64,000 nucleotides of DNA from Podarcis liolepis. Lineage: Eukaryota. Positions 39,285 through 50,783 of the stretch are shown here, piece after piece. Location: the NCBI GenBank assembly GCA_965112155.1, contig OZ218102.1; one strand, given 5' to 3'. The notes under the pieces are model-generated. The model saw nothing but the letters and a program-made list of their open reading frames with translations. It ran no database searches and was not told the DNA's origin. Made by a program: the position numbers and the translations under genes. Position 1 is the stretch's first letter; each line of letters opens with the position of its first letter.

Positions 39285-39889
39285 GATGGGAACAAATCTT
39301 CATCTCCTACAAAAACCATGACTACATTCATCCAGACATGCAAAATGGTGAACGAAAAGGAACTCCTGTGTGTGCAGAAGTGGCACAGCTATGTATGTTT
39401 TGGTCCCTAAATGTTGTGTGCTCTTGGGGCTTTTTCTAATTGTAGAGGGAAAGATTGAAAGCCAACACCAAACGACTCCTTTGTAAACTAACCTCTTGTC
39501 GCTCAAGTCATCAAATTTTTGACAGAGGTCTTTAAGTGAACTGTGTGTTTGTGAACAAAATGTCTATATTGAAAATTATGTAGCAAGGGATTAAACAGTT
39601 CGTCTTGTTTCACTTTTGTAAAAAAGAAATTGGTTTGGGTTGTTGTTTTGCATAGCAAACTTGATTTGCATAGCAAGAGTATTTGGTCAAGAGTATTATG
39701 GCCTTACATTTCTAAAGGCTGGAGTCTGTGAAGCAGTTTAGTGATTTTCTTTAAGATACCTCTCTAAATCCCAAATACAGGTTTGTGTGTTTTAGTATGG
39801 GATCTTTCCATTATGTTTTAAAAAGGAAAATGTATATGCAACAGAAGTAAAAGTAGTGTGGTAAGTAAGCCTGCAACACAGAGTTTATA

Positions 39890-40208
39890 CAGTGGTACCT
39901 CTGGTTACGTACTTAATTCGGGGAAAACCTTCATGCTCCTTTGAGTCCAACAGCCATTCTGAAGGTTCCTCTGGAATGATGGTGATGATTAATTTCATAC
40001 AGTGGTACCTCAGGTTAAGTATTTAATTCGTTCCGGAGGTCCGTACTTAACCTGAAGCACCACTTTAGCTAATGGGGCCTCCCGCTGCCGCTGTGCCACC
40101 AGAGCACGATTTCTGTTCTCATCCTGAAGCAAAGTTCTTAACTCAAGGTACTATTTCTGGGTTAGCGGAGTCTGTAACCTGAAGCGTATGTAACCCGAGG
40201 TACCACTG
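39890..40208. mobile_element. Composite Tigger/pogo-like MITE in the BNIP3 3' region
   Basis: TA-CAGTGGTACC 31-nt left end (39890-39920), an 80-bp foreign insert, then a full MITE 40000-40208 ending GGTACCACTG-TA. Same family as 63270-63486. Confidence 0.85.
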
Positions 40209-40689
40209 TATATCCAACGATTACCCTTGCTGAGGTAAGCTATCTAGCCAGCCACAATTTAAGAATGGCAGACCTGCTGAGCCCTCATGTCTGATACTCG
40301 GAGGTATCTGGTCTTAACAATTTTCTTGAGAATTACCCATTAATGAACTTTTTACAGGCACATGTGCCTTAGTGCAAGCTTATCACTAGGCTTCAGTGCA
40401 GGTTTTAGCAATTAGCCCATTTGAAACCAAGTTTTACACAAGGATGAACATATGCTAAACATTTGCAACTTACACTTCTTTTGGCCATCTTGAATCTTTG
40501 CAAGTTCAACAATGGTTTTAAATACAAAACTCCAGTTGTTTGTGATTTTACTAGTTAAATAAGTTTTGAATATCATCACAGCCTTATTGAAAAGCAGCAA
40601 GGAATGTTGTTTTTGCAGGAACTTCTTACGAGTTAAATAGATGCTTGTGTATGGTACTACAATATTTACAACGATCAACCAAGGCATTT

Positions 40690-40982
40690 TGGTAGTCAAG
40701 CACTTCCAAAGAAAAGTATATTTTCCAATACTCTATTGATATAGCCTAGAATAGCATTAGCCTATTTTCTTACTGCATCACTGTTAAGCTTAGATCCTTT
40801 TCACATGCACCAATGGCAAGCCACATGTTCTCTTCTATTTGTGAGGCTGGCGATTCTTACATTTGTCCTTATTGCAATTAATTTTGTTTGTTTGGGCCCA
40901 TTTCTCCAATCTGTTAAGGTCATCTTGAATCCCAATTCTGTCTTCTGCAGCATTGGCAGCTTCTCCCAGTTTGGTGTCATTC
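40690..40982 (-). mobile_element. CR1 LINE RT fragment
   Basis: Minus strand reads DDTKLGEAANAAEDRIGIQDDLNRLEKWAQTNK; similar to 58380-58700. Confidence 0.75.
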
Positions 40983-42748
40983 TCTTGTGTAAGTAGTCTG
41001 GAAATATCTTGATTAAATGAATGAGGTGAGCCACTGGTGTGCCTTTGTTTCGCCAGTCACCAAATTGCTTCATACGGAAAGATGACTCTAAGCCATTTTA
41101 CTATTAATAGGTGGGTGTTCTAACTGATGGAAACTTTCCTGCTTGCAAGGATATACCTACGCCCATCAGTGGAAAAAGCAGCCACACAAGTACAAAAGCA
41201 TATAGACATGCGAAGCTCTCTCCTGCTAGAGTGAATATGCAGAACTGCTTCCTTAGAACTCCATAAATTGCTGTGTCTGAACGCATGGCTTACAGTAAAT
41301 CCATTAATTTTGTTCAGTTACCCATTTGGACTTCTTATATTAATTTATACATTTGAATCAGGATGAATGGGATATTCTTAATGTCAGCTGGCAATGGTTT
41401 AATTATTGGATTATTTATCCCCACCCCACCCCCCAATTTGCAAATAAAAAATAAGGGTTGAATTAATACAAAGTATGGGGACAATGCTGTGTATTTTGGG
41501 GCCTTAGTAAAATAAAAAAGACCATTACTTTACTGTTTTGCAAATTTGAGTAGATAAGGCACATTTAAAGAAGAAACCCATCTTTTTAAACTGGACATTG
41601 TACATAAAATGAAGTGGTAGCTTTGTTTTGATTTAGCAAAAGGAGATAGGCGGTAAAAAAAAAAAGGATTCTTGATTGAAGCTGCCTGTTGCCGTTGTGT
41701 ATGTACTGCATACGAATCTCATTTACTTAGTGGGAGTTTGTGCAACTATCGTGCTAGAATAGTACTGTTTTGGCTTTCACAACATGAATGGAAAACATCT
41801 AGAACTTCATCTTCTGGCAACTCACAAAGTCGAAAAGCTGTGAAATACTCCACCTGAATGTATATTACAAGTTTATTGCTACTATACAAAAACAATAAAG
41901 CAAGTAAATATTTCACTGCTTTTGAATTATGTGTTATCAGTAGTCAAGATGTGTGAAATGAGGAAGAGGTGCTGCTAAGGATGTTCAGCTGTCAAATGTT
42001 TCAAAAATAAAATCCAAAGGCAAGGCAGACTTGCTAGCAGAGAAGCAGAGAAAAGAGTGCAATATTGCCATGGGCTTCATCCCTTACCATTGGCATGTGG
42101 CCTAGAGAAAAACTCCCCATCCCTGGTGTGGAGGTTAGGCACTTCGGTGCAGTCGTCACTAGCACGGAACATAGCTATCTAAAGGCAGAATAGTCTTTGT
42201 ACAATAGAATTTGGGAACCAAATGCCTTTATGTAGAAAAAAGTTCTCAGAACTCTAGCATTTAAAAATGAGCAAGCCGGATATTGAATTATATTCATCTT
42301 TTACAAGCCCTGTGTGCCAACATGTTGGAAGTCTAGGGAGACCAAGAACCCTATTTTGTGTGAATAAAGACGTTTGACATGTGTGAAGTTGGGGTGAAAT
42401 ATGGGGCCATGATTTTATTCCTATTTTCTGCAGTGTTAACTGTGGAGGAACCAAACTGCTAACCGATCAGGCGAGGCCAACCGTGCCGCATGAAAGGGGG
42501 TGGGTTTTAAGTCCACCCTTCTGTCAGTTCCACCCATAAGTGGTAAGAAAAGTCTTCCAGACCCACCCCAAATGGAACCATACTGAGTTTACTGAGGCCA
42601 CAGAAGGCAAATTGCTTTTCACCAAGGGCACTCGCCAAACCCTAATCTGTAGAAGTCCTACACGTACCCACCACAGAAAAGGACAAGCCTCTACTTAGTC
42701 CCTCTTCTCCCACTTGCAGCAAATTATGTTGCCCAAAGCACACTGCAG

Positions 42749-43095
42749 GAAGTTGCTGAATTACAACTTCTCACTAAACTGAAAACTATGGAGAGACCTG
42801 GTCTTAATAGAGATATTGGATTCCTGTCTCATTACATATGCTAATCATCTGCATACTATCCCTTACTTTTTCCTGTAGGAATAATTGCAGTTGTTAACAG
42901 TCGTCAACAGATTTACCACACCCATCGAGTCAATCACCCATCTCCTACTACCCTCCTGAGAAAAAAACCCCTCCCCCCTCCCACTATATATAAGGGTCTG
43001 GTGACTTCTGTTTCAGTGTATCTGAAGAAGTGTGCATGCACATGAAAGCTTATACCCAGAACAAACTTGGTTGGTGTCTAAGGTGCTACTGGACA
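42749..43095 (+). mobile_element. Penelope-like element, 5'-truncated: GIY-YIG C-terminus plus pseudo-LTR tail
   Basis: 42749-42844 translates EVAELQLLTKLKTMERPGLNRDIGFLSHYIC*, the typical PLE endonuclease end (E..L...T....GLNRD). TATATATAA at about 42985; tail AAACTTGGTTGGTGTCTAAGGTGCTACTGG. Confidence 0.8.
43018..43055 (+). ncRNA. Minimal type I hammerhead ribozyme motif of the Penelope tail
   Basis: GTAT-CTGAAGA-aGTGTGCATGCACAT-GAAA-GC-TT-ATAC: conserved core boxes, palindromic stem II, AGCT palindromic stem III, stem I GTAT/ATAC. Confidence 0.7.
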
Positions 43096-43154
43096 ATTTT
43101 TTTATTTTTTAATTAAAAATATTGTTTATTTTTGTTTTTTTATTGTTACTCATA

Positions 43155-44030
43155 TTGGAGAAGAGAGCCTATTCAGCCACGAAGTTCCACCGTAACATAG
43201 TGGTGAATAGTATCATGCAGGATTGCAACCAGGGCTTGCTGGGCTTCCCTTTTTATCTTCTGACATGCCCAATTAAGATAGCTGGGGGTCACCATAATCC
43301 TGAGAAACCCACCTTGAGGGAGCTTCAGCCCACACAATCAAGGCCCTGGGCCACCACTGTTATAGGACCCGGAATTCCAAATGGGCTTGAACACTGACCT
43401 TCAGCAACTGCAAAAGTTTCCACCTAGGTAAATGACCGAAATATGAGAGGGTTGAACAATGCTGGCAAAATGTACTTTCATTGTATACCATGCCTACCCA
43501 ACCCACTGCATGCATGCACTTTCGCCAAGCCCAAACTGGATTCCATGAGCATCTTGCCACACCCTGTGATTGGTCCAGAAACACCAAACAGTGGCCACAA
43601 ATGGGCACCAGTACCCTCCAAGCACCTACCAAAACAAAAGCAAGGAAGTGAACAAGCACACTTCTGCAAAACAGTATTAGCCAGGGCCCTTGAGCGGCCC
43701 ATTGTAAGGATACAAATGCCCCCGTTTTCCAGTGACCCATCATCAATTCCAAAACCCAAACTGGTAGATGCCAAAACAGAGCCGATTTGAAAGGAATGTG
43801 TGCCAGACTGTCAGCAGGCCTCTCACCCTGAATGCAGCCAGCTGTAGTCATAAATTGGGAGCCAAAGTTCAGGCTCCTTCCTGGCCCAGTTGAAATTGGG
43901 TCCCACAGCTGCCTGCATCCTAAATGACTCTTCATAAGCCAGCCAGACAGCATCTGCATATTCATGGTAAGATCTGAATGTGATTATCCAGATGCTTCAA
44001 AAGGAGGAGAAGCCCTCACAATATGCCTGA
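43155..44030 (-). mobile_element. Decayed, internally deleted Ngaro/DIRS-type retrotransposon fragment
   Basis: Minus strand about 43980-43858 reads FRSYHEYADAVWLAYEESFRMQAAVGPNFNWARKEPELWL (gag-like W..Y[DE]..FR motif). Near 43360-43310 it reads WWPRALIVWAE, reminiscent of the SGNH-hydrolase ORF. Confidence 0.5.
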
Positions 44031-44984
44031 GTTTATATTCTCTGAAATTATACCATAACTCAAAGTCAAATAGTACAGCACATCCTATGCATTAAAGCTC
44101 TCACAGACCTAAATATTAAGAGTCAAAAAGTTGATTGCAGTATTACTAAATTGATTCTACTGCGAAAGCTAAATATTCCTACATTTCATCACAACTGCTT
44201 TATCATTCAAATGGGAGGATGTTACAGAAAAGATGAAAAAGCTGAACATGACTATCTTCATTGTGAATCAACAATACTTTTCAAGGTGCTGTAAAAACAT
44301 AAGCACACATTTTAATAATGCGAAGCAATCCAAATACATGCAAGACTGATAGTATGATTGGAACCAGGAAAATGGAGTCTAACTCCAATTTCAAGATGTT
44401 CAATATTGAGTATTAAATAGGCTGGATAACACAGTGACTTGGATTCTCAAGTTTCTGTTTTGTGAATGAAAGAATCCCTTTCATTTACTGAGGAAAAAAC
44501 TTAGAATCCAACCCATTTACATTAAATGCACAATTCAAAGCTATCCCTTACACCAAGAGACCTCTGACTTAGTCACAGCAAGCTCCTTGAAGCATTTCAT
44601 GTTTCTCAGCTATTTCAACTAACAGCTTTGCAAAACAATTAACTGCTACGATTTAGTAGGGGAGTAGGAAGAGGACATGCAAACAGTCTAGCATTAAAAG
44701 CATTGAAAACATTTTTAAAAATCTGAAATACGGAATCATACAATCTTCCAGCATACACCTAAATAGGCCCAAAGAATGCTATAAAAAGCAGTAGACATGT
44801 CACATCTATGCAAAGAAGTGTGGCTGGCATCTATCTTGGGGTGTAAGCTACTCTCATGTAGCAGCTACTGGTGATTACTTTGTACAGTGAAAATAACATA
44901 CCGAAAGATAGTGCTTTGTGCAATTCAGATGCAATTTTAGGGGGGAAGAGTACATTGAAAAAGTTTCAAAGTACACAGAGCAAG

Positions 44985-46994
44985 TGCAGGTAAACATTTA
45001 AAATTTATTAAACTTTTTGGTCAAAATAATTGAACAATTATGTACAATCCCATTGTATTTACCTCATGTATTTTAAGGAACAAAGTCAATCTAATGGTTA
45101 AATGACCTAACCGTTCCACATTTCAAGATTTGCAAATAGTGTCACAACTGATATACAGTATACGATTTTTAATCTTTATCTTTAGAAACCCCAAATTAGT
45201 ATTTATTATTGTATCGCGAACAAGAGTGGCACTCTATGGACGTTAATTGATAGGGTAGGAACAGAGACATGCTGCTCTTGCATATTCATATCGGACTCTA
45301 GCAATCATATTAAACCTTCATTTCTTTAAAATTCGAGTGTAAACCACACACAAGTATTTCACCCTGGAAGCTTAAAGGGCCTGAACTTTAAGGAGGATTT
45401 CATAGGCACATTTAGTAGGAAGTCTGGAGCAAGTGATAGTACTTGCGCTAGTATTTAAGATACTTGATGCTATTAAAAGTGTGCCCACTCTTTTTGTGTG
45501 TACAAGTTTTCTCCCACAGAAGCTTACAGTGAAATACTGGGAGTTAATCACGTATCTTCTAGGAGCGAGAGAGACCCCATAACTTTTCTGCAGCCCCCTA
45601 TTGCTAGTGGAAACTCAGTATTCTATAAATATATTTTCACATCAGTATTCAGCCTCAAGACAGCTTGATCTCCTGGTGTTATAGACCTGGAGTAAGAGTT
45701 AAAACATGTTTAAGTTGTGCTCCTGTTTGGCATAATCAAGTTTAAAAACATACACATTTGGACTGCAGTGGAAAGTTTTGTATGCATATGCTTATGCCCA
45801 GTTGTAATATTTTTTAAAAGTGTACTCTATGGAACAAAAAGGACTAAAGGTTAAAAAAGAAGTAGTAGTAATGCACATTAAGGTATGCTTCTCACATGTT
45901 GAGGCATGTTTACTGTTAAACCAGAGCAGTGATTTGTTGAAGGTTTTGATGTAAAAGACCATCTTGCTCCTTTAAGGCTGTATATAACTTTAAACAAGTA
46001 CTTTACACTTTGTCTTTTCTGCGCACCTTATGATGCCCCCCCCTTTCTTACACAAAAAACTAATACAAGCTAAGGTGATGACAACTGGAGAAAAAAATTC
46101 AGTTTAGTGTTTGAAGCAGTAGATACTGCTTTAAACTGCTTATACTGTCAAAAAATGGATAGTATTCAATTAAGTTCTACTCAGAGTAGAGCCATTGAGA
46201 TTAATGAGCCTGTTTGTCACATGGTCTTAATTTCAGTGGGCCTGTTCAGAGCAGGACTAGCATTGGATACAACCTAATATTTTTGGGACAAACTATTTTC
46301 AAATCTTTCCGTCAGAGTTATTTTGCACAATCTCAATACATGCAATAAAAAAGACTGAATACATACTTTCAGATTTAAAAACACTTTTTATAGTTTGTTA
46401 TTTTTATTAAGTGGTTTACACCGGAAGGTGTGGTTATAGATACAGTTGGTGAGTAAATATACATGAAAAACCTGTCTACACACCCAACTCTAGACTTACC
46501 TATATGCTCAAAGGTAGAAACACCTATAGCTTAGATGAAGGCCAGAGAAAGAATGTTTACAGGCATAAAGCACAAATATATGTTTTGAAAGGCCCAAATA
46601 TTACAGCAGATAAAGAGCACGTGAGATAGAAATTACATTTTTATGACAATTTGTTTCTTGGGTGTTAGATTTTTGGTCTATCAACTGGAAAGGAAGGCTC
46701 AGACTTAAATAAATACATTTGTTTTGAATATTGGCCTTTATTGAGTATTGTCCATCAATTCTGCTTCTAGTGGGCTTTTTTTTCGTTTACAAAAATTCAA
46801 TTCCACGTTCTCCCTCACTGAAGGCAGAAATACACCATGAACTCAAGTCCAGGCCAGCTTCTCTCCTTTACCTATAAAGGGAAATAAGTGCATCAATGTT
46901 CTTTACTGGGAGGACAACAAGGCCATCTCTCTGACAGATAAACAACTGAGCTTAACTATGCAAGACGACAACTTTGTCCTCAGATAAGCCGTCT
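44985..46994 (-). other. PPP2R2D: Probable PPP2R2D 3' UTR with tandem poly(A) signals
   Basis: Minus-strand AATAAA at 46737-42, 46403-08 and 45004-09; TGTACATA element at 45039-46; repeat-poor AT-rich sequence. Confidence 0.55.
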
Positions 46995-47274
46995 TTAATT
47001 AATTTTGTCCTGGAATATATACAAGTTATTGGTGGCAGCTACAGCAATGATGTTCTCTGCAGGGTGCCATGCTGTATGAAGGATCTTCTTATTGAAGTCC
47101 AGACTGTCAACACTTATTTCATCCTTCTTTCTCTTGCCACCTGTGCACACTTTCCGGGGCTTTAAGATAGCACGAGGTTTGCTACTTTCTCTTGAAGCCT
47201 CTAATGTAATATCTCGCCGTGTGTTTCGATCAAACATCCTAAAGAAGTTGTTGTATGAGCCAGTCATAATAGCG
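46995..47274 (-). CDS. PPP2R2D: PPP2R2D last coding exon ([17 protein letters not shown]...[11 protein letters not shown])
   Basis: ORF 46995..47312. The C-terminus FQDKIN is delta-type (alpha ends DKVN). Convergent with BNIP3, as at the known locus. Confidence 0.96.
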
Positions 47275-48693
47275 CTGCATTGGAAAAGAGAAGATAACAA
47301 CTTTTTATTCATCGGTTACTTCTGATAGGTAATGTCAAGTTACTTGCAATTTTAGGAGGGTCGCAATTTCCTTTTCCTTACTATTTATTTATTTGTTGTT
47401 ACTAGTTTGTTCATCAATGGGTTTCAGGGAAAGATAACAACAAAACATCAATAAAATAACCACACACACGTGAGTGAAACAGTCTAAAATTTCCTTAAAA
47501 TATGCAAGATCATCAGCAGGCAACAAACTGCTGTGGCTCCTTACAGTTCTCACTCCTCCTAAGAGTGGGGGAAGGGGTGCATCTCCTCTAACCAATGAAA
47601 AGGAACCGATGTCAGTACCAGACCCGCCTCTAGAGAGGTAGTCATTCCAGAGATGAGGTGCTGCTGAAGAAGGCCACTGCTCCCTGAACTTCAGTTAGAG
47701 GTGGAAGCACAAAAGATGGGCCTCTCCTGCAGACCTTAATGGATAGTTACAATGGCATGAGAGGCATTCCTATTTTATTAGTATTTTCCTATGTATATCA
47801 TGTTTTTCATGTAAATAATAAGCTGTCTCTTACAAGCAGCTTATCCAGACCAATTGATTGGCAACAGCTCTCGTTATTAGGGTGGGGTTTTTCCCAGCGG
47901 AGATGCACTTAACCAGGAGGAAGGCATTGCTGAATCTTTGTGAGTTGTGGCATCTATGCTATATCGTGCCACACACTGAGGAGCGGGCCGCCTAAAGCCC
48001 TTGGGGTTTAATTTGTGCAGTCCTTCACCTTATTTCAACACCTTCTTGCAGCAAATGATCAGTTCAGACCACTGGCAAGAGCAATCTGTCTCTATACTAG
48101 CAGCCCACTGGGTGGGAAGACAGAAAAAAGGAGGGCCCCACTCACTTTGGGGTTTGGCCCACAGTTGGCATGCGGATCCCAACACTTTACCCCCAAAGGA
48201 ATATGCTTCTTAACAGAACAAAGGTTGTCCACTTCCACACTAAAGGATATTTCAAGCAGCCAACCATCTCTAAGATACCATTCAATTCACACACAAAATT
48301 TTCTTCTGGCAGCAACCAGGCCACATGCTTGACGTCTGAAATACCGAGGACTGATCCCAGGAATTCCCCCTCTCTTTTCCACACAAAGCAAATGTACCAT
48401 CACTGAATTTATATTTCCTCCTAAGGCAGCACATTTGTTTTTATCATGCTACCCATCATATACTTTGAGGATGACCTACAGCAAGTTATTAAGTACACAA
48501 TGACATAACTAATATAGATGCACCGAGAACTACTGTGGAAGCTAAAGTAGAAGTTTAGGCTGTCCCCCGCCCTGCTCACCAGCCCCAGTGTGGATCATAG
48601 ATCTCACTTTTCCTTCTGCTTAAATTAAAACCACCATCAATTTTCAATTCAGGCAAGCATTTAAGTGAGTCTCCTTACACAAGTCAGCCTTAC

Positions 48694-48785
48694 CTATCAG
48701 AACCATTCCAGCAGCACTCAAACTTGTCAAAGATGCAGTCATTCTCATACAGTGAACAAAGTTTGCTTCGCAGATATTCATGAAC
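48694..48785 (-). CDS. PPP2R2D: PPP2R2D coding exon ([30 protein letters not shown])
   Basis: 92 nt, after a 93-nt intron; AG|GTAAGG donor. Confidence 0.97.
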
Positions 48786-48878
48786 CTTAAAATATATAAG
48801 TGTTGAAGAGCATGAGAACGTGTTCAATTTTGGGAAGAAATCTTTATTATTATAAAATATAACACACAAACACTGTAC

Positions 48879-49048
48879 CTGATAGGTCTCTACAGGCCTG
48901 TTTTCCATATTGAGATCCCATACTTTAACTGAAAGGTAGTCTCTGGTCATCATGTATCGACCACTATGACTGAATTTTACATCCGATATTGAGGAAATTA
49001 TTTCTGAAAAGAATGATCTGCTGCTGGGATCTTCAGGTTCTTCAAAGA
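48879..49048 (-). CDS. PPP2R2D: PPP2R2D coding exon ([57 protein letters not shown])
   Basis: 170 nt; AG/GT boundaries; frame continuous. Confidence 0.97.
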
Positions 49049-49293
49049 CTGAAAATTGTGAAAGTGGACAGAAAAGCTGCTTACTATTAGGGTCAATACT
49101 TTAACATTTTTAGTTAACCAAGGCTTAGCCATATCAGTGGTTTCCAACCTCTGCCCCACAAGAGTTGCTGAAATGTGCCCTAAAAAATCAAGACACCATG
49201 TACTCTATGCCCATTGGAATGGTGAGATCCCAGATAGACATTGGGATGTTCTCTACCAAAAAACAGAACTTAATATTAGTTTACATAAAACAT

Positions 49294-49639
49294 AAAGGTA
49301 AAGGTACCCCTGACCGTTAGGTCCAGTCGCGGACGACTCTGGAGTTGCGGCGCTCATCTCGCTCTATAGGCTGAGAAACTGGTGTTTGTCCGCAGACAGC
49401 TTCTGGGTCATGTGGCCAGCATGACTAAGCCGCTTCTGGCGAACCAGAGCAGCGCACGGAAACGCCGTTTACCTTCCCACCGGAGCGGTACCTATTTATC
49501 TACTTGCACTTTGATATGCTTTCGAACTGCTAGGTTGGCAGGAACTGAACAATGGGAGCTCACCCTGTCACGGGGATTCGAACCGCTGACCTTCTGACTG
49601 GCAAGCCCTGTGGTCTAAACCACAGAGCCACCCGCATCC
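49294..49639 (-). mobile_element. Sauria SINE in a PPP2R2D intron
   Basis: Near full length; TSD TTTACATAAAACATA / TTTACAGAAAACATA. Confidence 0.92.
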
Positions 49640-49701
49640 TTTACAGAAAACATACCTGTTTTTTTCTGAGAAGTGGTAAAGAAAACTGAGAAAATACTTA
49701 C

Positions 49702-49866
49702 ATTTTGAATGTCTATCACAAAGAGCTGATGAACGCATATCACAGAGCCGTATAGTTCCTTTGCTACTGCTGTAGACAAACACATTACAATGATGAGGAT
49801 GGAATTCTGCTGCCGTTATCACCTCTGTAAGTTCCTCCATGTTAGCAGGCTTTATATCTACAATGT
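49702..49866 (-). CDS. PPP2R2D: PPP2R2D coding exon ([55 protein letters not shown])
   Basis: ORF 49568..49840; 165 nt; T|GTAAGT donor. Confidence 0.97.
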
Positions 49867-50375
49867 CTGAAAGTTTGTTTGTATAGGTTCATATAGATTT
49901 GTTTTCCTCAAAATATAACTTTCAAAGTATGCAATACAGGGAGATAAACAATCTAAAAACTGTACCCAAATTCTATATTATTTGGAATTGACATTTCTAG
50001 CATTCAGTTTATCATCTAAAATACAATTGAAGGATCACCATTCTCTACAACCTGCAGTTTACAACAGGGGTGGAGGGGAGAGGGTCTTCTCAGAGTACCA
50101 CCACCAACAGTCGGGGCATGTGAACATGAGAGACAGCTTTCTCATAGCAGCACCTCATATTTGGGACTCAAGGTGGAAGGGGGGGGGAATCAAGCACCCG
50201 CTTTCCCGACCACATTCAGACTGAATTTAATTTGTCCAGGCCTTTAGGAGGGGATAGAAACACAATAATGCACTGTACATTTTAAAGCTATCATTTGGCT
50301 ATGGTCTTATCAGACACTATGTTGGTCACTGCTCTGGGCTCCCTTTAATATAGTTGCCAAACAGAACTCTAGCAT

Positions 50376-50468
50376 TTTGTTGTTTAGTCGTGTCCGACTC
50401 TTCGTGACCCCTTGGACCAGATCACGCCAGGCACTCCTGTCTTCCACTGCCTCCCACAGCTTGGTCAG
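50376..50468 (-). mobile_element. RTE-BovB LINE 3' stub
   Basis: Minus strand ends GGGGTCACGAAGAGTCGGACACGACTAAACAACA; perfect 13-bp TSD AGAACTCTAGCAT (50363-75, 50469-81). Confidence 0.85.
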
Positions 50469-50643
50469 AGAACTCTAGCATATGAGAGTTAAATATTATT
50501 TTTAAAAATGCAAAACCCAGAGAAGAATTGTTTACTGGGGGTCATAAGAATTCAAGGCAGAAAGAAGTTACAAGGCACTGTTACTGCTCATTATTTTGAC
50601 AGCACAAGACAGCTGTGAAGAATGCTCCCCCTCCCCGACATTT

Positions 50644-50783
50644 CATAGAATCATAGAATTGGAAGGGTCCCAAGGGTCATCTAGTCCAACCCCCTGCAAT
50701 GCAGGAATCTCAGCTAAAGCATCCATGACAGATGGCCATCCAACCTGTTTAAATACCTCCAAGGAAGGAGAGTCCACCATTTT
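50644..50783 (-). mobile_element. CR1 LINE 3' end
   Basis: MVDSPSLEVFKQ and an ATTCTATG tail. Confidence 0.8.

Larger units (their letters stand above)
39285..41920 (+). other. BNIP3: Probable BNIP3 3' UTR with alternative poly(A) signals
   Basis: ATTAAA at 39590; AATAAA at 41383, 41511 and 41894; Pumilio-type TGTACATA at 41599. The true end cannot be determined from sequence. Confidence 0.5.

Noticed and set aside
42125-42710. Possible solo LTR (AATAAA at 42363)
   Set aside because: I could not define TG...CA ends with a matching TSD.
43360-43965. 201-aa novel protein-coding gene
   Set aside because: The recognisable motif is in another, broken frame and is retroelement-like; no exon structure.
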